From assembly GCA_964574335.1 (NCBI GenBank), contig CAZNNH010000004.1:28724-92723 (forward strand): a stretch of 64,000 bases of DNA, written 5' to 3'. Positions 51,953-61,800 of this stretch are shown here, piece after piece. A program made the translations under genes and the position numbers. The notes under the pieces are model-generated. The model was not told where the DNA came from. It made no database searches and saw nothing but the letters and a program-made list of their open reading frames with translations. Origin of the DNA: an uncultured Acidobacteriota bacterium. Its GTDB lineage: Bacteria > Acidobacteriota > Vicinamibacteria > Fen-336. Within the stretch, counting starts at the first letter, position 1. The number at the start of each line of letters is the position of its first letter.

Positions 51953-53473
51953 ATGAGCGGCCCACCCTTCCCCAAGATCCTGATCGCCAACCGGGGCGAG
52001 ATCGCGGTCCGGATCATCCGGGCCTGCCGCGAGCTGGGGGTCCGCTCGGTGGCCGTCTACTCCGACGCCGATCGGGCCGCGCTGCACGTGCAACTGGCCG
52101 ACGAGGCCCGGCGGCTGGGACCCGCGCCCGCCCCCGAGTCCTACCTCCGCATCGACCGGGTGATCGAGGCGGCCCGGGACGCGGGCGCCGCGGCGATCCA
52201 TCCGGGCTACGGTTTCCTGGCCGAGAACCCCGAGCTGGCGGCGGCCTGTGAGACGTCCGGGCTGGTCTTCATCGGGCCCGGCAGCGAGGCGATCCGGGTG
52301 ATGGGCGAGAAGACCTCGGCCCGCCGGCTGGCGGTGGCGGCCGGCGTCCCCGTCGTGCCCGGGACCCTCGACCCCGCCGCCGACGATGTCGAGCTTCTCG
52401 CCGAGGCCCGCCGGCTGGGCTACCCCGTGATGCTCAAGGCGGCGGCCGGCGGCGGCGGCAAGGGGATGCGGCTGGTGGCCGGCGAGGCCGAGCTCCGGGC
52501 GGCCGCCGCCCGAGCCCGCAGCGAGGCCCGCAGCGCTTTCGGCGACGATCGTCTCTACCTCGAGAAGGCGCTCGTGCGACCGCGCCACGTCGAGATCCAG
52601 GTCTTGGCCGATCACCACGGCGCGGTGGTCCACCTCTTCGAACGCGAGTGCTCGATCCAGCGCCGCCACCAGAAGGTCATCGAGGAGAGCCCCTCGCCGT
52701 TCGTCACCGAGGAGCTGCGCTCACGCATGGGAGCGCTGGCAGTGGCCCTGGTCCGGCAAGCCGGCTACCGCAACGCGGGCACCCTGGAGTTCCTGGTCGA
52801 CGCCAACCGCCAACCCTACTTCCTCGAGATGAACACCCGGCTGCAGGTGGAGCATCCGGTGACCGAGCTCGTCACCGGCCTGGACCTGGTGAAGCTCCAG
52901 ATCCGTATCGCCGCCGGCGAGCCGCTTCCGTTCGAGCAGGCCCAGCTCGCCCAGCGCGGCCACGCCATCGAGTGCCGGGTCTACGCCGAGGATCCAGCCG
53001 CCGGCTTCCTGCCGTGTCCCGGGCGGATCGTCGGCCTGCGGGTCCCGGGCGGGCCCGGGATTCGGGACGACAGCGGGGTCTACGAAGGATACGAGGTCCC
53101 CGTACATTACGACCCGCTGATCTCGAAGCTCCTGGCCTACGGCGCAAGCCGAGAGGAGGCCCTCCAGCGCATGCGTCGCGCGGTGGCCGAGTACCGCGTG
53201 CTCGGGATCCGGACCACGCTGCCATTCTTCACCCGGGTCCTCGGGGATTCCCGTTTCGTGGCCGGCGACTTCGACACCTCCTTCATCGACAATCTGGGCG
53301 AGCCGGAGACCCCCGAAAGGGAGGAGGAACCCGCCTGGCCGGTGGCCGTGGCCGCCGCGGCGATCGCCGCCTACCGAGAGCGGGCCCGGTCGCAACTGGC
53401 CGGTTCCTCGTCCTCCGGAGTCTCCGCCTGGCGCCGGCGGGGCTGGCGCGAAGCGGTGCGAGGAGGGTGGTGA
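51953..53473 (+). CDS. Biotin carboxylase subunit (AccC/PccA-like, no fused BCCP)
   Basis: ATG 51953 (RBS GAGAGG). MSGPPFPKILIANRGEIAVRIIRACRELG..., the ATP-grasp fold. Length is 506 aa. Confidence 0.93.
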   Translation: MSGPPFPKILIANRGEIAVRIIRACRELGVRSVAVYSDADRAALHVQLADEARRLGPAPAPESYLRIDRVIEAARDAGAAAIHPGYGFLAENPELAAACETSGLVFIGPGSEAIRVMGEKTSARRLAVAAGVPVVPGTLDPAADDVELLAEARRLGYPVMLKAAAGGGGKGMRLVAGEAELRAAAARARSEARSAFGDDRLYLEKALVRPRHVEIQVLADHHGAVVHLFERECSIQRRHQKVIEESPSPFVTEELRSRMGALAVALVRQAGYRNAGTLEFLVDANRQPYFLEMNTRLQVEHPVTELVTGLDLVKLQIRIAAGEPLPFEQAQLAQRGHAIECRVYAEDPAAGFLPCPGRIVGLRVPGGPGIRDDSGVYEGYEVPVHYDPLISKLLAYGASREEALQRMRRAVAEYRVLGIRTTLPFFTRVLGDSRFVAGDFDTSFIDNLGEPETPEREEEPAWPVAVAAAAIAAYRERARSQLAGSSSSGVSAWRRRGWREAVRGGW

Positions 53474-53964
53474 TCTTTCAGGCCACCGTCGATGGCCGGT
53501 CGGTGCGGGTGGAGGTCAAGCCCCGCGATGGCGGCTACCTCGTCAGCGTCGACGGCCGACCGCTGCCGATCGACGTCAAGGCGACCGGCCCGAACACGCT
53601 GCATCTGCTGGTCGAGGGCCGCGGCTTCGACGTCGGTCTGGCCCGTCAGCCCACCGGCTACCAGGTCGACCTGCCCAGCCGATCCTGGCTGGTTCAGCTG
53701 GCCCCGGCCTCCAGCGGCCGGACCCCACCCACGCGCAAGGCCGGCACCAGCCCGCTCCGTGTCACCGCCCCGATGCCGGGCCGGGTGGTGAGGGTGATGG
53801 TGACTCCCGGAGAGCGGGTCGCGGCCGGCGCCGGCCTCATCGTCGTCGAGGCGATGAAGATGGAAAACGAGCTGCGGGCCCCTCGAGCCGGGCGCGTCCA
53901 ACAGCTCGACGTCCAAGAGGGCCAGACGGTGGAGGTCGGGACGCTCCTGGTGGTCCTGGAGTGA
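53470..53964 (+). CDS. Biotin carboxyl carrier protein (biotinyl domain)
   Basis: GTG 53470 overlaps the biotin carboxylase stop (GTGA). C-terminal EAMKMENEL biotinylation motif. Confidence 0.85.
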   Translation: MIFQATVDGRSVRVEVKPRDGGYLVSVDGRPLPIDVKATGPNTLHLLVEGRGFDVGLARQPTGYQVDLPSRSWLVQLAPASSGRTPPTRKAGTSPLRVTAPMPGRVVRVMVTPGERVAAGAGLIVVEAMKMENELRAPRAGRVQQLDVQEGQTVEVGTLLVVLE

Positions 53965-53968
53965 GGCC

Positions 53969-56900
53969 GTGAGCCGGCGCCTTCTCCGGATTCTCACCGT
54001 CCTGGCCGTGGTCAGCTTCATCGCCTTCGGGCTGCAGCTCCCGCGGTTGACCGGCTGGCTGATCCGTACCCGGCTGGCGGCGGCGTTCGAGCGCCCCACG
54101 CGGCTCTCGGAGGTGCGCTTCGAGCTGGCGCCGCTCCGTGTCGTGGTGCGCGGCCTGGCGGTGGGGGGCTTCACGCCAGAGGCGCCCCCCTTCATCGAGG
54201 TGAGGGAGATCACGGCGCGCCCCAGCCTCGGCACCCTGTGGTCGCCCCGGCTGGCGCTCGGGCAGCTCCGACTCGATGGTCTCACGATCCGAATCAACGC
54301 CTTTCCAGATGGCGGTGACGACATCCCCAAGCCGCAGGCCAAAGGGGGCGGCGGCAGGCTGGAGGTCGGCCGCCTGATCGTGGCGGACGGCGAGTTCCGG
54401 CTGAACCACCGCCGGGTCCCCTTGAACCTCGACCTGCCCGACTTCCGTGGCCAGCTCACCTCCCAGGGTGCGGGGGCCCTCGCGGGCCGGATCACCTTCG
54501 GCCCGGGTGGGCTCCGTTTCTCCGACGCGCCCCTGCTGCCGGTGAGCACCGACATCGAGATGCTCCTCTCGGGGGGCGTGGTGACGGTGGAGTCGGCCCA
54601 CCTCACGGCGGAGGGAACGGATCTTCGGTACGCCGGCCAGGTCCGTATCGCTGCCCGACCGGTCGGCGCTCTCTCGCTGGCCGGCCCGATCAACCTCGAT
54701 GTCCTCGAGCGCCACGTGATGCGCACCGGGTTCGGGATCAAGGGGGCGGGCCAATACGACGGGACCGTCTACATCGATGGCTCCCGGCTCACGCTCAAGG
54801 GTCGCCTGTGGGGGACCGAGGGGGTGTTCGACGGCGCTCCGGTCCCCCGCTACGCCGGCGAGCTGGACTGGGACGGCGAAGGCGTCCACATCCTCGGCCT
54901 CGACGTCGACGCGCTGGGAGGCCACGGGGTGATGGACATCGACATCCCTTCCGGCCCGAGGATCGCCACCTGGAGCGGCGAGATCGAGAGCGCCGATGGC
55001 GAGGGACTGCTGAAGCTGATCTTCGACATGGGCGCTCCCGGCCTGGCCACGGCGGCCAGCGGCCGCTTCTCCATTCGCTGGCCGAAGGGGCGATTCCGCG
55101 CGGGCCTTTCCGGCCAGATGACGGTGGGCCTTGACCCGGTCGACGACGAGCGGACCCCGCTGAGCGGTCACCTCGACTGGCGGGCCGAGGACGGTGCGCA
55201 GTTCCTGGAGCCGGCCGACCTGCGGACGCCCACCACCCATGCCTGGCTGCGCGGCACGATCGGCGCCGACAACTCGGCCAAGCTCCTGGTCGAGGCCGAG
55301 AGCAGCGATCTGGCGGACAGCGACCGGCTCGGCTGGCAGCTCCGACTCGCCCTCGGCAACCCCGAGGCGCAGAAGGCTGGCATCACTGGCCGTGGGGCCT
55401 TCCGTGGGACCTGGGGCGGCACCCTCGCGGAGCCGCTCTACGAGGGGCGCGTCACCGCGTCGGAGGTGGGATACCTGGGCGTGGTCTGGGGAAACGCCGA
55501 GTGGGCCGGAAGCGCCGATCCCTACGAGATTCGCTCCCACTCCCTGGTCCTCCGCCGGCCCGACGGCGCCGAGATGTGGATCGACGGGACCACGGAGCTC
55601 GGCTTCTACGGTCTCGAGGACGGCCTGGACGTCAAGGTTCGCTACCGCGACTGGCCGGCCAGCGACTTTCTCACCGCCTTCGCCTGGGACCTGGACGTCG
55701 AGGCGCCGGTCACCGGCACCGCCACGGTGGCCGGCCGACGGAGCGCACCTCGCGGTCGCGCCGAGCTGGCGAGCGCGGGGGGCAGGTACTACGGGATCCC
55801 CTTCGAGGCCTTCTCGGCCGACTCGCGGTATGACGGTGGGCTCACGCGAGGCTCCGGCCGCGCCCGGATCGGGGATGGCGAAGTTCGGTTCTCCGGGATC
55901 ATCAGCGACGACGGCCATCTGGACGGCGAGGCCACCCTCGATGGGGTGGACGTGGGAAAGGCCTTCCCGGAGCTCCTGCCGAGCTTGCCCTGGGGCGGCG
56001 CCCTCACCGGATCGGCGCTGCTGCAGGGGCCCCTCGATCGTCCCCGTCTCACAGGAAGCGTGGGCTCGCCGCGCCTCCACCTGGGTGACGAGGAGCTCGG
56101 GGTGCTCAGTGCCCGGGCACAGGGGCTCGGCGGCGGTGCCGTCTCGCTCGCCGCGCGCTGCGACTCGGCGCGGGTCGACCTCGCGCTTTCGGGCCAGATG
56201 GAGGCGTTCGCGCCGTACCGGATCGATCTCCGCCTGACGGCCGAACAGACCCATCTCGGGTCCTTCCTACGGGTGGTGCGGCCCCAGCTTCCCGCGGGCG
56301 TCGAGGTGGTCTCGACCGGCCGGCTCACGATCGGGGGACCGCTGCTGACGCCGGACGAGCTGACGTTGGACGCCGTCGTGCCCGCGTTGGTGGTGCGGCT
56401 ACCCGACTACACGGTGGCCAACCGCACGCCGCTGCACCTCTCCGTCGAGCACGGCCGGCTGGAGCTGCACGACCTGCAGCTCGCCGGCGAGGGGACCGAC
56501 CTCGCCATCGACGGCAGCGCGGCGCTGCTCGAGAACGGCCCGGTGGATCTGGCGATTCGGGGCGCCGCCGACCTCAGGGCGCTTTCCGCCATCACCCGTC
56601 GCCTGCGCGGCCAGGGAGATGCCCTGCTGGCGGTGACGGTCGGCGGCACCCGCGACCAGCCCCAGGTCTCGGGCATGCTGCAGCTCGACGGCGCCGGGGT
56701 GCGGGCGCGCGGCTTCCCGCACGGCATCGACGACGTGAGGGGGGTGGTGAGCTTCACCGAGCGTGCCGCCCAGTTCAAGGAGATCACCGGCGTCCTGGGA
56801 GGCGGCCAGGTGGTCTTCTCCGGGGAAGCCGCCTACGGCCCGGCCGGCCTTTCGACGTTCGAGGTCGAGGCCACCGGCCGTGAGCTCTCGTTCCGCTACC

Positions 56901-57829
56901 CCGAAGGCCTGCGCAGCCAGCTCGACGCCGACATCCGCTTCTTCGGCGACGCCGACGAGCAATGGGTCACAGGAGAGATCGACGTGCGTCAGGCCACCTG
57001 GACCCGCCGCTACGACCTCGCCTCGGAGCTGCTCGCCAGCCACGAGGGGCTGGCCCCAACGGCGGCACTCGAGCCCGGCGTCCGCTACGACATCAAGGTT
57101 CGCGCCCCCGGCACCCTCCGGCTCGACAACAACCTGGCCAACCTGCGCGCCCGCGCCGACCTCCGGATCCAGGGTAGCTCCACCCAGCCGGTCATTCTGG
57201 GGCGTGCCGAGATCGAGGGGGGCCGGGTCTACTTCCAGGGGAACACCTATATCATCCGGCGCGGCACCATCGACTTCTCGAACCCGGAGCGGATCGACCC
57301 GCGCTTCGACATCGAGGCCGAGACTCGGATCCAGTCCTACCGGGTGACGCTGCGGATGAACGGCACCCTCGAGCGGGTCTCGCCGACCCTGACCTCCGAC
57401 CCACCGCTGTCGGCGGTCCAGATCCTGAGCCTGCTGGCAGGTGCCGACGAGTCGGCGGTGGCCAGCCTGACCCAGGTGCAGGCGGACCAGGCCAACCTGG
57501 TAGCCACCGGCGCCGCCACGCTGGCTGCCGGGAGGATCTCCGAGGAGGTGGGTCTCGAGCGGGAGGCCGAACGACTCTTCGGCCTCAATCGGTTCTCGAT
57601 CGACCCTTCCGTCATCAAAGGGGGGGTCAGCAACCCCAGCGCCCGCCTGACCGTCGGAAAGCGCATCACACCGGACCTGAACGTCCTCTACTCGATCGAC
57701 CTCCGTGGCCAGGAGGACCAGGTGATCTCCGTCGAGTACAGCCTCTCCGACCGGCTCCTGTTGCTGGTGACCCGTTCCCAGAACCCCTCCGAGCTGGCCT
57801 TCGACCTCCGGTTGATCCGGAGCTTCTGA
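53969..57829 (+). CDS. tamB: TamB / AsmA-like translocation and assembly module protein (DUF490 C-terminus)
   Basis: A 1286-aa protein with an N-terminal TM anchor (LRILTVLAVVSFIAFGL), a long beta-rich repetitive body and a C-terminal DUF490-like block (...RLTVGKRITPDLNVLYSIDLRG...LIRSF). Confidence 0.8.
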   Translation: MSRRLLRILTVLAVVSFIAFGLQLPRLTGWLIRTRLAAAFERPTRLSEVRFELAPLRVVVRGLAVGGFTPEAPPFIEVREITARPSLGTLWSPRLALGQLRLDGLTIRINAFPDGGDDIPKPQAKGGGGRLEVGRLIVADGEFRLNHRRVPLNLDLPDFRGQLTSQGAGALAGRITFGPGGLRFSDAPLLPVSTDIEMLLSGGVVTVESAHLTAEGTDLRYAGQVRIAARPVGALSLAGPINLDVLERHVMRTGFGIKGAGQYDGTVYIDGSRLTLKGRLWGTEGVFDGAPVPRYAGELDWDGEGVHILGLDVDALGGHGVMDIDIPSGPRIATWSGEIESADGEGLLKLIFDMGAPGLATAASGRFSIRWPKGRFRAGLSGQMTVGLDPVDDERTPLSGHLDWRAEDGAQFLEPADLRTPTTHAWLRGTIGADNSAKLLVEAESSDLADSDRLGWQLRLALGNPEAQKAGITGRGAFRGTWGGTLAEPLYEGRVTASEVGYLGVVWGNAEWAGSADPYEIRSHSLVLRRPDGAEMWIDGTTELGFYGLEDGLDVKVRYRDWPASDFLTAFAWDLDVEAPVTGTATVAGRRSAPRGRAELASAGGRYYGIPFEAFSADSRYDGGLTRGSGRARIGDGEVRFSGIISDDGHLDGEATLDGVDVGKAFPELLPSLPWGGALTGSALLQGPLDRPRLTGSVGSPRLHLGDEELGVLSARAQGLGGGAVSLAARCDSARVDLALSGQMEAFAPYRIDLRLTAEQTHLGSFLRVVRPQLPAGVEVVSTGRLTIGGPLLTPDELTLDAVVPALVVRLPDYTVANRTPLHLSVEHGRLELHDLQLAGEGTDLAIDGSAALLENGPVDLAIRGAADLRALSAITRRLRGQGDALLAVTVGGTRDQPQVSGMLQLDGAGVRARGFPHGIDDVRGVVSFTERAAQFKEITGVLGGGQVVFSGEAAYGPAGLSTFEVEATGRELSFRYPEGLRSQLDADIRFFGDADEQWVTGEIDVRQATWTRRYDLASELLASHEGLAPTAALEPGVRYDIKVRAPGTLRLDNNLANLRARADLRIQGSSTQPVILGRAEIEGGRVYFQGNTYIIRRGTIDFSNPERIDPRFDIEAETRIQSYRVTLRMNGTLERVSPTLTSDPPLSAVQILSLLAGADESAVASLTQVQADQANLVATGAATLAAGRISEEVGLEREAERLFGLNRFSIDPSVIKGGVSNPSARLTVGKRITPDLNVLYSIDLRGQEDQVISVEYSLSDRLLLLVTRSQNPSELAFDLRLIRSF

Positions 57830-60462
57830 TGCTCCCCTGGCTGCTCCTTCCCGTTGCCTCTGCCGCGCTCGCCGCCGTGGGCGAGGGCGGGGCGCCGCTG
57901 GTGAGCGAGGTGCGTCTCGAGGCTCCGGCACCGGAGCAGCGGCGCTACGGCCGGTACATCACGCTCCACCCTGGCCAGCCGCTGGGCGGCGAGGCGGTGG
58001 CCGACTCGGTCCGGCTGCTCTACGCCACCGGTGCCTTCGCCGACGTGGTGGTCGAGAAGAGCCTGGGCCCGGCCGGACTGGAGCTGGTGTTTCGAACCGT
58101 GCCGACCCCCCGGCTGCAGCGGGTCCGTGTGGCGGCGGGCTCTCCTCGGTCGGCCGGTTGGCTGCGCGCGGCCGCAGACCTCCGGCCCCGCGAGCCGCTC
58201 TGGCCGTCGCGCCTCGAGCGCGCTGGCCGGGACGCCGCCCTGGCTCTGGCCCGCGAGGGCTACCTGGAGGCGCGGGTGGTGGTCCAGGCGTTGCCGGTCG
58301 AGGGTGGCGCCGACGCCCGGTTCGAGGTGGAGGCCGGCCCGCAGGTTCGGGTCCGGAGGGTGAGCCTGGAAGGTATCGGGGCCAGTGAAGCCCCTCTCCT
58401 GCAGCACCGGCTCGCCGTCCGACCGGGCGACGTCTTCGACCGTGCCGAGATCGAGAAGGCGCGAGACGCGCTCCGCCGCGACCTGGCGGCCCATGGCCGC
58501 TGGTCGGCCTCTGTCCAGGCCGAGGAGGCCTACGATCCCCGTACCGCCTCGGTGGATCTGGTGTTCCGCGTCGACCCCGGTCCTCCCACCCGGGTCGAGC
58601 TGCGCGGCGCCGCCGACGGCCACTCGCTGCAGGTCACCCTCTCCGACCTGCTGCGGGACGGTGCCATGGGACGCGACGCCCTGGAGGCCGGGTTGGAGCG
58701 GATCGAGACACACCACCAGGAACGGGGCTATCGTGACGTCGAAGCCCACTACAGCATCGACGACAGCGGTCCCGTCCGGGAGGTGCTCTACGACGTGACG
58801 CCGGGCCCACGCAGCGTTGTGGCGTCCGTCACCATCGAGGGAGCGGAGCTGCCCACCACCGGGCTTTCGACCCGCCCCGACGAGCCGCTCGTGGACCAAC
58901 AGCTCGAGCAGGACACGCAGGCCCTGAAGCAGCTCCTCGAGGAGCGCGGGCATGTCTCGGCGCAGGTCGAGGCCGAGACACGGCCCGGCGGCGGCTGGAC
59001 GCCGGTCGTGTTCCGGGTGTCGCCGGGCCCACGCACGACGGTACGCTCGTTCGAGATCGTGGCCCCCACCGACGATGCCGGGGGCGAGGCGATCGCAGGG
59101 CTGCGGATTCGGGTCGGGGCGCCGTATCGGATTCGCGACCTGGCCCTCGATCGGGCGACCGTGGCCGCCCACTACCGCAACGCCGGCTTCCTGAGCGCGC
59201 GGGTCGAGCCCCAGGTGCGGCTGAGCGAGGACCAGACCGAGGCCGACGTGGCGCTGGCCGTCGACCCGGGCCCTCGCACCTTCATCGACCAGATCGTGGT
59301 CGCCGGCCTCGAGCAAACCCGAGAGCGGGTGATTCGACGCGAGCTGCTCGTCCGGCCGGGAGAGCCGCTCGGCCTGCAACGTGTCCTGGAGAGCCAGCGG
59401 CGGCTGGCCGGCCTCGGCATCCTCTCTCAGGTGGATATCAGCGAGGTCGAGACCGGGGACCCAACGCGGCTACACCTGTTGGTCGCCGCCGAAGAGGCTC
59501 CCCGACACACCCTGGCCTACGGGCTCGGCTACAGCGAACGGGAGAAGCTCCGGGCCAGCATCGAGCTGACCCGCAACAACCTGAGCGGGCTCAACCGCAG
59601 CCTGACCCTGTTCGCCCGGGGCAGCTTCAAGGGGAGCCGGTTCTTCACCACCTATCGAGTCCCCTACTTCTTCGGCCGTCGGCGCGAGCTGTACGTGACC
59701 GGCTTCTGGGAGGAGGACGATCGGGACAGCTTCGACTTCAATCGCTACGGTGGGCTCGTTCAGACGCCGATCGGCTTGACGGACACCCTCCGGTTGATCC
59801 TTCGGCTTTCCTATCAGGACACCAACACCTTCAACGTGCAGGTCCCCTGCGAGGAGGTGGACCGCCGGCTGTGCGACGCCACCGTCTCGGGGCCTTCGGC
59901 CACCATCATCCAGGATTCGCGTGATGACCCGCTCTCGCCCACCGAGGGGCACTTCCTGGGAGCCGACCTGCAGCTCTCGCACAGGGTTCTCGGCGGGGAC
60001 AGCTTCGTCAAGGGCTTCTTCCAGGGGGCGGTGTACGCCAAAACGCTGCCTCGCCTGATCCTGGCCCTCAACGGTCGGCTGGGGATCGCCCGCGCCCTGG
60101 GGCCGATTCGCTCGCTCCGGCTGCCCCTGCCCGAGCGCTTCTTCCTGGGAGGCGACTTCGGCCTGCGCGGCTTCAAGACCGACGCGGTGGATCCCGAAGG
60201 CGGCAACGGCCTCCTGTTCGGCGGCGCCGAGCTGCGCTTCGACGCCGGCCGCTCGGTGTCGATCGCCGCCTTCGGCGAGGCCGGCAACCTCTACCCGCTG
60301 GCCCGGGACATGAGCCTCGGCGACCTCCGCTACACGGCCGGCGTCGGGCTGCGGTACACGAGCGCCTTCGGCCCGTTGCGTGTGGACTGGGGCTACAAGC
60401 TCAACCGCCGCGAGGGCGAGCCGGCCTCGCACTGGCACTTCACGATCGGCCATGCGTTCTAG
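57829..60462 (+). CDS. bamA: Outer membrane protein assembly factor BamA (Omp85; POTRA repeats plus surface-antigen barrel)
   Basis: An 877-aa protein with a signal peptide, POTRA-like repeats (each about 80 aa), and a C-terminal barrel carrying an L6-type LRGFK motif. It ends ...HWHFTIGHAF with a terminal Phe. Its ATG overlaps the tamB stop by 1 nt. Confidence 0.85.
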   Translation: MLPWLLLPVASAALAAVGEGGAPLVSEVRLEAPAPEQRRYGRYITLHPGQPLGGEAVADSVRLLYATGAFADVVVEKSLGPAGLELVFRTVPTPRLQRVRVAAGSPRSAGWLRAAADLRPREPLWPSRLERAGRDAALALAREGYLEARVVVQALPVEGGADARFEVEAGPQVRVRRVSLEGIGASEAPLLQHRLAVRPGDVFDRAEIEKARDALRRDLAAHGRWSASVQAEEAYDPRTASVDLVFRVDPGPPTRVELRGAADGHSLQVTLSDLLRDGAMGRDALEAGLERIETHHQERGYRDVEAHYSIDDSGPVREVLYDVTPGPRSVVASVTIEGAELPTTGLSTRPDEPLVDQQLEQDTQALKQLLEERGHVSAQVEAETRPGGGWTPVVFRVSPGPRTTVRSFEIVAPTDDAGGEAIAGLRIRVGAPYRIRDLALDRATVAAHYRNAGFLSARVEPQVRLSEDQTEADVALAVDPGPRTFIDQIVVAGLEQTRERVIRRELLVRPGEPLGLQRVLESQRRLAGLGILSQVDISEVETGDPTRLHLLVAAEEAPRHTLAYGLGYSEREKLRASIELTRNNLSGLNRSLTLFARGSFKGSRFFTTYRVPYFFGRRRELYVTGFWEEDDRDSFDFNRYGGLVQTPIGLTDTLRLILRLSYQDTNTFNVQVPCEEVDRRLCDATVSGPSATIIQDSRDDPLSPTEGHFLGADLQLSHRVLGGDSFVKGFFQGAVYAKTLPRLILALNGRLGIARALGPIRSLRLPLPERFFLGGDFGLRGFKTDAVDPEGGNGLLFGGAELRFDAGRSVSIAAFGEAGNLYPLARDMSLGDLRYTAGVGLRYTSAFGPLRVDWGYKLNRREGEPASHWHFTIGHAF

Positions 60463-61093
60463 GGAGCCGTACCAGCGGCGGCGCCGCAGCCCGCGACCGA
60501 CACGGTTGCGACCGGCCGCCGGGGCGGTCGTGGGCTGCGTGGTCCTCTGCTTCCTGCTGGGCGCCACCGGCGCTCCAGCCGGCGAGGTCATCGAGCGCGT
60601 CCTGGCGGCGGTGGACGAGGAGCCCATCCTTCTCACCGAGGTCGAGCTGCTGGCCCAGGTTCGAGGGGTGCTTCTGGACAAGGCGCTCGAGGCCCGAATC
60701 GACGAGCAGTTGATGCAGCGGGCGGCCAGTCGCCTGGGGATGGAAGCTCGCGACGACGAGGCCGCCTACCAGAGCCTGCGGGAGCGGGTGCCGGCACTGG
60801 CCGGCGACCCGGCGCTGGAGCCGGGTCTGCGTCGGCTCGCCCGACGTCAGGCCGCCATCCTCCACTACATCGACCTCCGACTACGTCCGCTGGTCCGGGT
60901 CTCGGCCGAAGAGCTGCAGCACGCCTACGAGCAGAAGTATCCGGGGTCCGACCGACCGCCGCTCGAGTCGGTGGAGGAGGAGCTGCGCGAGCGGCTCTCC
61001 GCCCAGCAGCTCGATCAGCGGATCGAGGAGTGGGTGAGCGAGCTCCGGTCGAGCGCCGAGATCCGCTACAACCCATCACCGCCGGCCTCATGA
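60452..61093 (+). CDS. Periplasmic SurA-N-terminal-domain-like chaperone (no PPIase domain)
   Basis: A signal peptide is followed by EVIERVLAAVDEEPILLTEVELLA..., resembling the SurA N-domain (VDKVAAVVNNGVVLESDV). It occupies the skp/ompH position downstream of bamA. Confidence 0.5.
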   Translation: MRSREPYQRRRRSPRPTRLRPAAGAVVGCVVLCFLLGATGAPAGEVIERVLAAVDEEPILLTEVELLAQVRGVLLDKALEARIDEQLMQRAASRLGMEARDDEAAYQSLRERVPALAGDPALEPGLRRLARRQAAILHYIDLRLRPLVRVSAEELQHAYEQKYPGSDRPPLESVEEELRERLSAQQLDQRIEEWVSELRSSAEIRYNPSPPAS

Positions 61094-61773
61094 GGGTCGC
61101 CCTCTTCGACATCGACGGCACGCTGCTCCACGCCCACGGCGCAGGGCGCCGCGCGCTCTCGCGGGCCCTGGCGGCGGAGACCGGGATCAGCGACCTCGAC
61201 CGCGGCTACCATTTCGACGGCAAGACCGACCCCCAGATCATCCGTGACCTTCTGCACCGTGCCGGCCGGGCCGCCTCGCCGGAGTGCGTCGCCAGCGTGT
61301 GTCGGGGCTACTTGGCGATGCTGGTCGAGGAGCTGCCCAAAGGGCCGGCGCCTGAGGCCCTGCCCGGGGTCTCGCGACTGCTCGATACGCTCGAGCGAGA
61401 GGCGGGGATCCTGCTTGGACTGCTGACCGGGAATCTGCAGGACGGGGCGCGCCTCAAGCTGGACGCTGCCGGGATCGGCCACGCTCGCTTCCCGGTCGGG
61501 GCCTACGGCTCCGACGCCCTGGACCGCGGCGAGCTCCCCTCCTTTGCGCGGCGGCGAGCAACGGCTCTGCTCGGCCGCGAGGTTCTCGCCTCCGAGCTGG
61601 TGATCATCGGGGACACCCCCGCCGACGTTGACTGCGGGCGAGGCGCGGGGGCCACCACCATTGCCGTGGCCACCGGCCGCTTCGATGTGGCCACGCTCAC
61701 CGCCAGCGGAGCCGACCACGTGCTCTCGAGCCTCGAGGACGAAGGTTCGTTGCTGGCCGCGATCCTCGGCTGA
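61090..61773 (+). CDS. HAD-family hydrolase (phosphoglycolate phosphatase-like)
   Basis: MRVALFDIDGTLL (motif I DxDGT) and GDTPADVDCGRGAG (motif IV). Its ATG overlaps the upstream stop. Confidence 0.8.
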   Translation: MRVALFDIDGTLLHAHGAGRRALSRALAAETGISDLDRGYHFDGKTDPQIIRDLLHRAGRAASPECVASVCRGYLAMLVEELPKGPAPEALPGVSRLLDTLEREAGILLGLLTGNLQDGARLKLDAAGIGHARFPVGAYGSDALDRGELPSFARRRATALLGREVLASELVIIGDTPADVDCGRGAGATTIAVATGRFDVATLTASGADHVLSSLEDEGSLLAAILG

Positions 61774-61800
61774 AGCCGCGGCTCAGCCGAGGTCTCTTTC
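61765..61800 (+). terminator. Hairpin with a 9-bp stem (CTCGGCTGA / TCAGCCGAG) and a 9-nt loop, followed by GTCTCTTTCC. This is a candidate intrinsic terminator between convergent operons.
   Basis: Read directly from the sequence. The stem spans the stop codons of both the HAD gene (plus strand) and the GT2 gene (minus strand). Confidence 0.4.
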
